From contig CP158636.1 in assembly GCA_050273025.1 (NCBI GenBank), positions 7,874,001-7,938,000 on the forward strand: DNA of 64,000 nt, read 5' to 3'. Below the pieces are notes generated by a model. The model saw nothing but the letters and a program-made list of their open reading frames with translations. It searched no databases and had not been told where the DNA came from. The number at the start of each line of letters is the position of its first letter. Position 1 is the stretch's first letter. This DNA comes from Cenococcum geophilum (lineage: Eukaryota). The translations under genes and the position numbers were made by a program. Shown here piece by piece: positions 46,847 to 59,647 of the stretch.

Positions 46847-49800
46847 TATCGGGAATAAGGCAAGTTGCCGTCGCATGAAGCATATTGCCGTCACATGTTA
46901 ACGTGGCCCTAGCGTGGTAAGGAACCTTAAGTTCCTTACCCCTTTCCTTATTCCTATTAAAAAAAGAATCAACCAACATCACTATAACCCTACTTGAGTA
47001 GTCGTTATTAGTAAGTTACCCTATATTTCTAACACTAATTAGTGGTTAAATATACAGTCAACTATAAAGTAGCTAGGTTTTTAAATAGAAGAGATAGTCT
47101 CATATAGGGGTGCTATATACGCTTATATGGAATGGATCCTAGCAATATTATACTACCTTAGACTTGCGGAAAACTAGTAACAGAAGTATTACTAAGTACT
47201 AGGAGATACCAAGTTGCGTCTATTACGCAGAACAACCACGTTTACGAAGATTTAGTTAAGTACTTTAGGTCAGAAGTATTACTAAACCTATAGTCCTAAA
47301 ATTAACGTCTAAAACGCGTTAAACAACTATGTATATAAAGATTTGGTTAAGTACTTTAGGTTAGAAGTATTACTAAACCTATAGTCCTAAAGTTAACATC
47401 TAAAACGCGTTAATAACATCTTAATTACTTACCTTTTAATAGCAAACCTACGAGATTCTATAAAGCCAAAAACCCTACCTACCTTTGACGTACGACACCC
47501 CGTTAATTCTATACCTACTATAGCATTAACCTACCTAAAGAAGTATAAGAAAAGCATTAACCTAAAGACGTGGGATATAGATATTAACCCTATAAACGCT
47601 AAGGAATAGAACCTAAACGGATTCTTAGTATACTGTATAGTATACTATATAGATAGCAAATATAATAATACTAAGCTATAGTATTATATAAAGGAGGACT
47701 TTATTAGATGGATAAAGGAAATATAGGCTCTTATAAAGAAGGACGTTATATAAGACTTTCGTAACTTCCTTTAAGAGAATAGAGTATTTATCCCTATAGA
47801 TGGGGGTGCCATTAAAGACAATATCTAGGAGTAAGTTATTAACGTAAAAAAAGAGTATAAATGGACTCTATAAGAGGTTAAGCACTAACTATACACTAAG
47901 AGGAAGCTTAACTTATAATAAAATCTAAATAATACGCTAATAGAGACGCGCTCTAATTCCATTACTCTAGGCATAAGTTCTTACGTTCTATATTTATCGC
48001 TTCTACCTCTATCTCTAGCTCCCTAGGATCTACTAATTTAACTAGTAATATTAACCACTACCCCTTAAAAGCAAGCGCAAGATCCCCTTACTTCGCGATT
48101 TAATAACCTTTAAACTCTACTATAGGAAGATTAGGTACCACGCCGTATTCCATTAAGCCCTATATCTCTACTATAGCCTATAAAGTAATCCCCACCTTAA
48201 TCTCTAATGCAATTTTAACGTAGTCTAATACTACTTAGAGGTACCTTAAAAATGCTTATAGAGCTTACAAAGCTCTATACGGACTAAGAAAAGAAGTTTA
48301 GCAGGGAACTATATAATATCCTTAATTTAAAGCTATATATCTTCTATAACTATTACTAGAAGGTTAGACTAGAACCTAACTAATATTATAACGCCTATTC
48401 CGTTATACTTAAGGGCCGCGTTAGTACCTTCTATTATAATTATTTGGTAGAAAAAGGATATAATTTTAACTAAATAATATATAAGATAAGATGCTACTTT
48501 AAAATAGAAGAGAATAAGCAGCAATATATATTGGAGTAAAGAGAGACTACCTTTCTAAAAATTATTACTATAAACCCAGGTATCTCTCGGCTTAATTATC
48601 TTTAAAAGCTCTTTAATTAACTTTAGATAATTTAGTATAGTTTATCTAAATTATATTAAGAGGACCTTAGCCTATATAATTAAGTTATTAGCGTATGCTA
48701 AGGTATTAAAAAATATAATCTTACTCTCTTTAACCCTATAAGTACTTATAAAGGAGTATATACTTAATTAAGATCCTCTATTAGCACCGCTCTATACTCT
48801 TAAAAAGTATAGTAATTTAACACCTAACTCTAATCTACCTTAATCGACCTAGCTGACCAACACAATTATAACTAGACTAATTAAATATATAGTAAACGTG
48901 GTAGGGGATACGGTAAAGGGTATAATTAATATTAACTATAAGGTAATTATAGAGGTCCTTATAGAGGTTTACTTCGGAGCAATTATTAGAAGAAGTACTA
49001 TATTTATAAGAAGCTAAATTACTAGTTAATTAGACACCCTCTTAATAGACAAAAGGAGGCATATAATAGGTTTCGCTAGAGCGCACAAAATATTAGAAAC
49101 TAAAAGGTTATTATAGCTTACTTCTAAAACTTCCTAGTTTAATATAAAGGCAAAGAAGATCTTAAGGGTAAGGTTAATAAGGCTAAATAGCTCCTTATAG
49201 ATATAGAAATTAAGGACTACTCTCCTAACTAATACTTTACTAAATATAATAAGGTAAATGGCATATAAACCATTACTATCCTTAATAACCAATCTATGCT
49301 CTATTCTATTATAAAGTTAGATATCTTTAATAAGCCAAAAGAAAGTTTCGCGTTCTCCTTTAATAATAGATACTCGGTAAACGTCTTCTATAGCATTATA
49401 TTAGATACTAGAGCTATAGGAGTATTTATAGCAGGAGAGCCTTAAGTTCAAGCTCTTTAGCAGCTTAATAGCTCTATTTAGATTAACTAATTAACAGTAG
49501 GCTAATATACAATTCGCTTTAGTAAGGGTACTATAATCTTTCTTAGCACAATTAAGGTCTAAACCCTATTAGAATATATTACTTTCTATATTATCCCTAT
49601 AAATACCCCATTTCTATTCTATATCCAAAATATAAATAAATTAAGTATTAAGCTTAATAACCTTAAAAATATACTTATCTAGGGAGATAATTAGGTGCCC
49701 GTTATACGTAAGTAGGGTTATTTTTAGTTGCTCCTTTAACAGCTAGAAAGAAGCGTTACTTAGAGCTACCTAACTAAGTTAGAGTTACGTTAACTACACT

Positions 49801-52800
49801 ATTATTTTAGCCACCTATCTATTCACTAATTACTTAGGGTTCTTTAGTAAGTAGGTTATAAAGTTAAGGTTAAGGTAATTAAACATCTTATAAAGTACTA
49901 CTACTACTACTAAATAAACTAGAAGTCCCCTAGCCAATTTAAGTTTACTCTTAAAAATAACTATAACTTTAACTTTTATATCATTATGGATGTTATATAT
50001 CTTAGCGGTAAGCTAGTACTCTAAGTTATTAACTTCTTAACCTCCTTCTAAGCTGCACGCTTTTTAAAAGATATATTAGCTAAGAATATATAGGATACTC
50101 TTTAATTATACTAGATTAATATCTACCTAGGACCCCCTAATTAAATCATTTATAATATAGGAAAGAACTTCTTATCTATAAAGTTTTAATAATAGGTAAA
50201 GGCAATAATAATTAAGGTTAAGGAAGTCCCCGTTAAGGCATATAATAGTATTAAAAAAGTAGAATAATATTATACGCTATTACGCCGCGTATATAAGATT
50301 ATTTCTTTAAAACTAAAGGGTACTAGTAAAGAGCTTATCTTATAGATAGCTGTTAAGGCTATTAATAATACCGCTAGCCTAAATAGGCTTATACCTACGT
50401 TACTAGTCTTTAGCGCCTACCCTTAAATAACTAATAATTCTCTATTATCTCCCTTTATTATATAATAAGCTAAGGCTATTCACAAGGCAATAAAGGAGGT
50501 ATAATATCTTTATGCTACGCGCTAGGTTAACAACGCACTAGAAATAAGAAATAGCCTAAATACCTTAACTACGCTTAATCTATTACTCTAATCAGAGGTA
50601 CGTATATAGCGTAAAAAGGGAGGATAGTTAGGCCTATATAAACTCATTATAATTAATAGTTAAACTTATACTCTTTAGATGCCCTATAAACCTACTTAAT
50701 TCTACTTAACCGTTATTAAGCCCTATTATAGGGATAATAGCTTTAAGCCTTTATAGGATACCCTAGAGAATACCCTAGAGGAGAACTATAATTAATATGC
50801 TCTAGAAGGCGAAGGCGATTCTAATATAATTATAGTAGATATACCGCAACTATAACGCGGTAAAGGTCGCCTAAAAGAATTATAAAATCGCTAACATCTT
50901 ATTAATTTTAAAGAGTAATTTATTACCGCTATTAAGAATAGAGATAAACTATTAATGGCCTTTATAATAGCTAAAGAGAAGGCTAACTTTAAACTTATAA
51001 AATAGCTCTAAAAAAAAGGCCGTATTATAACTCTAGGAGCTCCTTTCCAAGCATTTAATAAGTAGGAGATTAACGGTCTTATTATAAGAGAAGTCTTTAA
51101 ATTTAAGAAATACAACCCTACTAAGTTTGATAGAGTCCGCATATTTAAGTTAAGAATAGTTAATAAGATTAAAGGTAAAGCTACTAATACCCTATTTAAG
51201 AAGTTAAGGCTAGTTATTTAAGGTTATAATAATAATAGTAAGAAAGTAATCCTTATATAATCCCCTATAATTTAACAATCTAGTTAATAAGTTATTATTA
51301 TACTAGCTCCCTCCTTAATAAAGAATAGGATAGCGGTTTACCTATAAGATATTACTTAGGCCTATACCTAATTAAAGACGCGCCTTTAGCGCTTAATACT
51401 AGTATACCTTCTAGAGCAAATTCGCTACTAATATCCCGAGGATATAATTATAGTCGTACTTAAGCTATTATATAGAATTGTAGAGGTAGAAACTTATTAG
51501 TGGGCTACCTATAGTAAGCACTATAAGGAGAAGCTTTTAATAACTACTTTTATATTTAATCCCTGCTTCCTTATTACAACTATAAGAACTCTATTTAAAA
51601 TTATCGGCATATAAATAGATAATATAATTATCTTAGAAGACAACTAATTTTTAGCTCTTAAAGAAGATAAGCTAGTAAAGGTAAATCTTATAGCAAAGCT
51701 AAAGGAAAGACTTAACTTAGTAATACTATTACTCTTTAATAGATATATCCTCTCCCTAAATAAGGGCTCTATTGCTCTACGCTAGAAGGGTTAAGGTAAA
51801 AAGATTAATGTTATTAATATTAATTCTCTAAAGTAAGGATATATAGAGCAACGCGCTTATAGAGCTTATATAGCTTCTATCTGTTAACCTAAGGCTTCCT
51901 TTAATCTCTCTATTGCCGCTTAATACTAGAAACTAACTAAGAATAACGTTCTTACCCTAAATAAGCGTCTTTTTTAGTAAATAAACCATCTTAACAGGGG
52001 ACTACTTTATGTGCCTATTAATCTTCCTACCGCTAAGCTCTTTATATTCATTAATAGATCGTTTATAAATAATAAAGATTTTAGCTCCTAGCTAAAATAT
52101 AAGATTATTATTATAAATAAATCTACTAAAGAGAATAACTTTATAATCTATAGTAACCTTATCTATTAGAGCTTAACTAAAAGTAAGCGCGTTACTTAAA
52201 GCATTCTAGTATTAGAGATATATAGAATAATTAGCGGAGTTAATATAGTAATTGCAATTAGAACTACCCTTAAAATAATTATAGACCGGCTTAAACTTCC
52301 TACTATCCCTATAATTATATATACTAACTTATATTCCCTCTATAAGTATTTAGTTAAGCTTAGTACTATAAAGAAGAAGCGTTTTATAATTAATATTATA
52401 GCACTTTAATAGTCCTATAAGCGTTAAAAACTCTTTAAGATTTAATAGATTAATAGCTAAGATAACCTAGTAGATATAATAATAAAGGCAAACCTAAATA
52501 AGGTACTAGAGATATTTATTAATATAAATACTCTATATATATAAGTTAAAGGTTAGGTTAAGAGGGAAATTTAGAGAAGTTAAGATTTTATAGAACTTTA
52601 ACCACCGGTTAAAATTATTTAATTAGTTAAATCCTTGCCAAGAGCGCCGCGCCTAATTAATTTAGGTAGCGGTATAAACTTTTACTAACTAATTAGGATT
52701 TTCTATACCCGGCATAGAAAATCGCCATTAGCTCGCTTACTACTAGCGTCTTAGCGGCCTACCTATCTTCGCGTTATCTACTAAATTCTACTAACTACCG

Positions 52801-53113
52801 CATTATTATATATCGTCTGGTTTTATTATATATTATCTAGTTTTATTGCATATTATCTGGTATTATTATATACTATCTGTTTGTATATATATATATATAG
52901 CAACTATAAAAAGAAGAGTTGCCAGTATCGGGAATAAGGCAAGTTGCTATCGCATAAAGTATATTGCCGTCACGTGTTAATATGGCCCTAGCATAGTAAG
53001 GAACCTTAAGTTCCTTACCCCTTTCCTTATTCCTATTAAAAAAAGAATTAACTAACATCACTATAACCCTACTTAAGTAGTTGTTATTAGTGAGTCACCC
53101 TATGTTTCCAACA
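46847..53113 (+). mobile_element. Full-length GalEa-type Copia LTR retrotransposon, RIP-inactivated
   Basis: 188-bp LTRs at 46847-47034 and 52926-53113; TSD TTATC; order gag-PR (ILDTRA)-INT-RT-RH. Relics of GMQTDD, KEKRLMID and DNPADAMTK; palindrome CACTAATTAGTG in place of a PBS; PPT AAAAGAAGAG. Confidence 0.92.
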
Positions 53114-55371
53114 TTATCTTAGCTATTTATTTATTAAATTTTAAAGAGTTTTTAACGCTTATAGGATTATTAAAGTGCTATAATATTAATTATAAGGCGC
53201 TTCTCCTTTATAGTACTAAGTTTAACTAAATACTTATAGAGGGAATATAAGTTAGTGTATATAATTATAGGGATAATAAAAAGTTTGAGTTAATCTATAA
53301 TTATCTTTAGGGTAGTTCCAATTGTAATTGCTATATTAACTCCGCTAATTATTCTATATATCTCTAACGCTAAAACGCTTTAAGTAATATACTTACTTTT
53401 AGTTAAGCTCTAATAGATAAGATTGCTATAAATTATAAAGTTATTCTCTCTAGTAGATTTATTTATAATAATAATCTTATATCCTAGCTAGGAGCTAAAA
53501 TCTTTATTATTTATAAACGATCTATTAATAAATATAAAGGGTTTAGTGGTAGGAAGATTAATAGGCATATAGAGTAGTCCCTAATTAAAATGGTTTATTT
53601 GCTAAAAAAAACGCTTATTTAGGGTAAGAACGTTATCCTTAGTTAGTTTCTGGTGTTAAGCGGTAATAGATAAATTAAAGGAAGCCTTAGGTTAATAGAT
53701 AGAAGTAATATAAGCTCTATAGGCGCGTTACTCTATATATCCTTACTTTAAAGAATTAATATTAATAACGTTAATCTTTTTACCTTAACCCTTCTAGCGT
53801 AAAGTAATAGAATCCTTATTTAGGGAGAGGACGTATTTATTAAAGAGTAATAGTGTTATTAAATTAAGCTTTCCCTTTAGTTTTACTATTAGATTTACCT
53901 TTACTAGCTTATTTTCTTTAAGAGCTAAGAATTAGTTATCTCCTAAGATAATTATATTATTAGTTTATATACTAATAATTCGGAATAGAGTTCCTATAGT
54001 TATAATAAGGAAGTAGGGATTAAATATAGATATAATTATTAAAAGCTTCTCTTTATAGTGCTTGCTATAGGTAGCCCACTAATAAGTTTTTACCTTTGCG
54101 ATTCCGTATAATAGCTTAAGTATAACTATAATCGTATCTTTAGGATATTAGTGGCGAATTTGCTCTAGAAGGTGTGCTAATATTAAGCGCTAAAGGTGCA
54201 TCTTTAATTAGGTGTAGGCCTAAGTAATATCTTATAAATAGACCGCCATTCTATTCTTTATTAAGGAGGGAGCTAATATAATAATAACTTGCTAACTAGC
54301 TCGTTAAATTATAGAAGATTGCATAAGAATTATCTCCTTACTATTATTATTGTAACCTTAGATAATAAGCCTTAATTTTTTAAATAGGGCGTTAGTAGCT
54401 TTACCCTTAATCTTATTAACTATCCTTAACTTAAAGATACGAACTTTATTAGACTTAGTAGGGTTATACTTCTTAAATTTAAAGACTCCTTTTATAATAA
54501 GACTATTAATCTCCTACTTATTAGATGCTTAGAAAGGAGCTTTAAAAGTTATAATATAACCTTCCTTTTAGAGCTATATTGCGAGCTTAAAGTTAGCCTT
54601 CTCCTTAGCTGTTATAAAGGCCATTAATAACTCGACTCTATTCTTAATAGCAGTAATAAATTACTCTTTAAAATTAATAAGATATTAATAATTTTATAAT
54701 CCCTTTGGGTGACCTTTATCGCGTTATAGTTATAGGATATCTACTATAATTATATTAGAATTGTAGTTGTTTTTTAGAGTATATTAATTATAGTTTTCCT
54801 TTAAAGTATCTTCTAGGGTATCCTACAAAGGCTTAGAACTATTATCTTTATAGTAGGGTTTAATAATAGTTAAACGGAATTAAGTAGGTCTATAAGGTAT
54901 CTAAATAGTATAAGTTTAACTATTAATTATAATAAGTTAATGTAGGCCTAACTATTCTCCCTTTTTATACTATACGCGTACCTTAAACTAGAGTAGCAGA
55001 TTAAGCATAGTTAAGGTATTTAGGCTATTTCTTATTCCTAATGCGTTATTAACCTAGTATATAGCGTAAAGACGTTATACCTTCTTTATTGCCTTACGGA
55101 TAGCCTTAGCTTATTATATAACGGAGGGAAATAGTAGAGAATTATTAGTTATTTAAGGGTAGGTGCTAAAGACTAGTAATATAGGTACGAGTCTATCTAG
55201 GCTAGCGGAATTATTAATAGCTTTAACAGCTATTTATTAGGTAAGTTTTTTACTAGCATCCTCTAGTTCTAAAGAGATAATCTTATATATACGGCGTAAT
55301 AGTATATAATATTGCTCTACTTTTCTAATACTATTATATGCCTTAATAGGAACTTCCTTAACCTTAATTGC

Positions 55372-57124
55372 TGTAAGCTTTGCAGTGTAGGAATTAAACA
55401 AGCAACTTAATTGTAAATCTATGGAAATCAAGTGGTATAAATACATAAAAGTAGACCCCTAACTCTAAAGCCTATAACTTATTTCCAACGTATCTAAGAC
55501 ATATAAGGGTAGTGCTGACGTAGGTAAAATAGGGTAATATATAAGGTCCGGTAGTCGGTTACACACCCCCCTAGATTTAACGGTGTAGTTAAAGCTATAG
55601 AAAGAAAAATAAAGGTAGAAACTGTACTAAAATAGGAAATTTGGATATAATTTAGGAGTAGTAAAAGGATAGGGTAATGGTATTTAAAAGCTGCTTAATT
55701 ATATTAACATGCTTTAGAAGCTGCTTAATTACATTAACGTGCTTATAGAAGCTGCTTAATTGCATTAACGTACTTTAAAAGCTGCTTAATTATATTAACG
55801 TGCTTACGGAATTTAAATAGAAATTGCTTTAATTATATCTAAGATATCGTCTTAAAGTCTTTATAGTGTGGTATTTAATCTATAGTTAAGGTAGTTATTT
55901 AATCTATAATTAAGGTAGAACTTAAGGTAGTTATTTAAGCTGTAGTTAAGGTAGATCTTAATCTGTATTCGAGGTAGTTATATAAGCTATAGTTAAGGTA
56001 GAACTTAAGGTAGTTATATAATCTGTAATTAAGGTAGATCTTAAGGTAGTTACTTAGTAACTCTAGTGACGTTAAGACGTTAGATTTAGTAACGTTGCGA
56101 TCGTCGCAACTAGTGCTAATAAGGCTAGTGCCAATATAGGCTAGCGTTTTGGAAGGGCGTCTACAGTATAATAGCTGCGACTAATTATAGTGTTAGTATC
56201 TATAGCGTAATGGCTGCGACTAGTTATAACGGAAGGCGTCTATAGCGTAATAGCTGCGACTAATTATAGTATTAGTGCCTCCCCAGAAGGCCTTAATTTA
56301 ATTTAGTAATAGGCCTATATTAAGGCTCTAGTGTTCGCTAGCTGGTTATTTAAACGGTTATCTGGTTTTAGCAACGGTCCTCTAGCTACCGTTAGTCTGG
56401 TGCCTTCCTTATATCTACTTAGTATCCTTATCTCTTACCATTAGTATATCTAAGCTAGCTTCTGCTCTGGCTCTATACTCTAGCATCTTGCTCTAGCTCT
56501 ATACTCTAGCTTTATACTCTAGCATCTTACGCTAGCTAGGCTCTCGCTTAAACGCCATATAAGGTCATTACGCTGTAGTAGATAAGTTAACTCTGTTAAA
56601 TAGTTATATATCTAGGTTAAAGGAGGTTTAGGTTTATATAGTTGTAGGTTATACAGTCGGTCGGGTTTAGCTTAATTAATATTTAATATAATTAATATTT
56701 AATGTAATTGATATTTAATATAATTAATGTTTAACTTAATTAATATTCGGTTATCCGTCCGTTTAGTAAATAAAGGTAATTATAAGTATAAGAGCGGTAC
56801 CTAAAAGAAGCTTAAAACACTTATAAAGGTGGAAGAAGTAGTAACTTCTTAAATGAGGTAGCAGATTAATTGCTTAGTAAGCGCTAAATGTATAGATTAG
56901 ATGCAGTACGGTAGGCAGGCCGGGCTTATAACTATAAGCTTTATAGTGTGGGAATTAAATAAGCAACTTAATTATAAATCTATAGAAATTAAGTGGTATA
57001 AATATATAAAAGTAGACCCCTAACTCTAAAGCCTATAACTTATTTCTAACGTATCTAAGACATATAAGGGTAGTGCTGACGTAGGTGAAATAGGGTAATA
57101 TGCAAGGTCCGGTAGTCGGTTACA
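55372..57124 (-). mobile_element. Small non-autonomous LTR retroelement (TRIM-like)
   Basis: 192-bp LTRs at 55372-55563 and 56933-57124; TSD ATTGC; minus-strand Copia-type PBS GTTATAAGCCCGG and PPT GGGGGG; 1.37-kb interior of tandem repeats with no recognisable pol. Confidence 0.88.
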
Positions 57125-59310
57125 ATTGCTATTACCTTTATTTATTATTAAAACTCTATAAATAAGAAGTTCTTCCCTATATTATAAACGATTTAATTAG
57201 AGGGTCCTAGGTAGATATTAATTTAGTATAATTAAAGGGTATCCTATGCGTTTCTAGCTAATATATCCTTTAAGAAACGTACGGCTTAAAAGGAGGTTAA
57301 GAAGTTAATAACTTAGAGTATTGGCTTGCCGCTAAGATATATAACGTTAACAATAATATAGAAGTTAAAGTTATAGTTATCTTTAAGGGTAAACTTAAAT
57401 CGGCCAGGGGATTTCTAGTTTATTTAGTAGTAATAGTAGTACTTTATAAGATATTTAATTACCTTAATTTTAACCTTATAGCCTACTCGCTAGAGAATCC
57501 TAAGTTATTAGTAAACTAATAGGTAACTAAAACGATAGTATAGTTGGCGTAACTCTAACTTTATTAAATAGCTCTAAGTAACGCTCTTTTTTGGTTATTA
57601 AAGGAGCAACTAAGGGTAACCCTACTTGCATATAACAGGCATCCGATTATCTCCCTATATAAGTATATTTTTAAGGTTATTAAGCTTAACGCCTAATTTA
57701 TCTATATTTTTAATATAAAATAGAAATAGAGTATTTATAGGAATAATGTAGAAAGTAATATATTCTAAGGGGGTTTAGACCCTAATTATGCCGAGAGAGA
57801 TTATAGTACCTTTACTAAAACGAATTATATATTAGCCTGCCGTTAATTAATTAATCTAAATAGAGCTATTAAGCTGCTAGAGAGCTTAAACTTAAGGTTC
57901 TCCTACTATAGATACTTATATGGCTCCTGTATCCGGTATAATACTATAAAAGATATTTATTAAATATCTATTATTAAAGAAAAACGTAAAACTATTCTTT
58001 AGCTTATTAAAGATATCTAATTTTATAATAGAATGGAGTGTAGATTAGTTATTAAGAACAGCGACGGTTTATATACTATTTACCTTACTATATTTAGTAA
58101 AGTATTAGTTAGAAAAGTAGTCCTTAATTTCTATATCTATAAGGAGCTATTTAACCTTATTAACCTTACCCTTAAGATTTTCTACGCCTTTATATTAACC
58201 CAAAAAGCTTTAGAAGTAGGCCGTAGTAACCTTATAATTTTTAACGTTTTTTATACTCTAATAAAACTTATTATATGCCTCCTTTTACTTATTAAGGGAG
58301 TGTCTAGTTAACTAGCAATTTAGCTTCTTATAAACGTAATACTTTTTCTAACAATTACTTTAAAATAAACCTCTATAAGGACCTCCATAATTACCTTATA
58401 GTTAACGTTAATTATACCCTTTACTATATTTCCTACTACGGCCACTATATATTTGGTTAGTCTAGTTATAATTATATTAGTTAAAAATACTTAGTTAGGT
58501 AGGGTTTTTAGTATAGAACTATTAAAATTCTTATATTTATATTATAGTACCTATAGTAAAGCGTAGCTTAGTATATACTCCTTTAAACGTATTTATAGGT
58601 TTATATAGCGCTAAATTACACTTAGGAATGCTATGGTAGGCTAAGATAACTTAATCCCTTAGACTGTTCTTATTTTAGTAAGTCTTAGTAAGGCTATATT
58701 AGATTTTCTAAGGTTTATTAAAGAGTAGTTAAAGGCACTCTAAATAAGTCTTTATTAGGTTAGAAGTAATAGCTCTTTAAAATATAGTTTCCCGCTATTT
58801 AGATATATAAAGTTAGTAGTTTTTATTAGTCTTAAAGTAAGCTCTAATAAGCTAAAGTATTATATTAAAGCTATAGTTTTTACCCGTAATATAGTTATAA
58901 TAAAATAGTACTGCCTATCCCTTTAACATAATAGAGAAAGCGTAATAGTACTAGTAGCATTAAATTTTAACCTTATTATAACAGTTATAAAAGACCTATA
59001 GTTTTACTCTAAGTATATTATATAGTTCTCCTTTAAACTTCTTCTCTTTATCTAAATATACCTTTATTAGATTTGTAACTTCTTATAATAAAGGCTTACT
59101 AGTTAGTTAAATTAGAGGAGTTAAAGGTAGCGAAGGAGGTAGAGGAAGGGTACCTTTAGGTAAGAGAGTACCTTTAGGTAGGAGAGTAGTGTTTTAGGGG
59201 TTTTGTTTTAAATTAAAGTTGCCTTCTAAAGAATATAGGTTAGTTTTAGGTTTTTATAGTTAATATATAATCTTAGCTTCCGTCTATTATTACGGACGCT
59301 TTAAGTACAA

Positions 59311-59647
59311 TGTTACGACTACTAGGAGAGGAGTCGGAAGAAGCTAGTTAGTCAATTCAGACACGGTCTAGGATGGAGCCGATAGAACTATATGACGAGG
59401 AATAGTAACCAAGGTTATATAATATGCTACGTGTTAAATAAGAGGAATAAAAGGAACTTAACGTACCTTGTATATAAGACATATATTATATACAAGAAGG
59501 ATTTTATAGGAGTACGGTTGTGTATTTAAGGACCCTTAGTCCCTACCTAAATAGTTCCTTCCTTATAGTAATTCTTAGAATATAATTAGAGTTAATCTAT
59601 TAAGCAACCACTCTACTAGTTATTATTACGTTATTAACTTTAACTTG
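59311..59647. mobile_element. Possible LTR fragment of another family
   Basis: Starts TGTTACGA at an abrupt junction with the gag relic and is cut by the LTR at 59648; no partner in the window. Confidence 0.4.

Larger units (their letters stand above)
46620..59300 (-). mobile_element. Host GalEa-type Copia copy (fragmented: 46620-46846, 53114-55371, 57125-~59300)
   Basis: Reverse-complement homology to 46847-53113 and collinear with 59648-64000 once the two inserts are removed; no LTRs identified. Confidence 0.85.
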
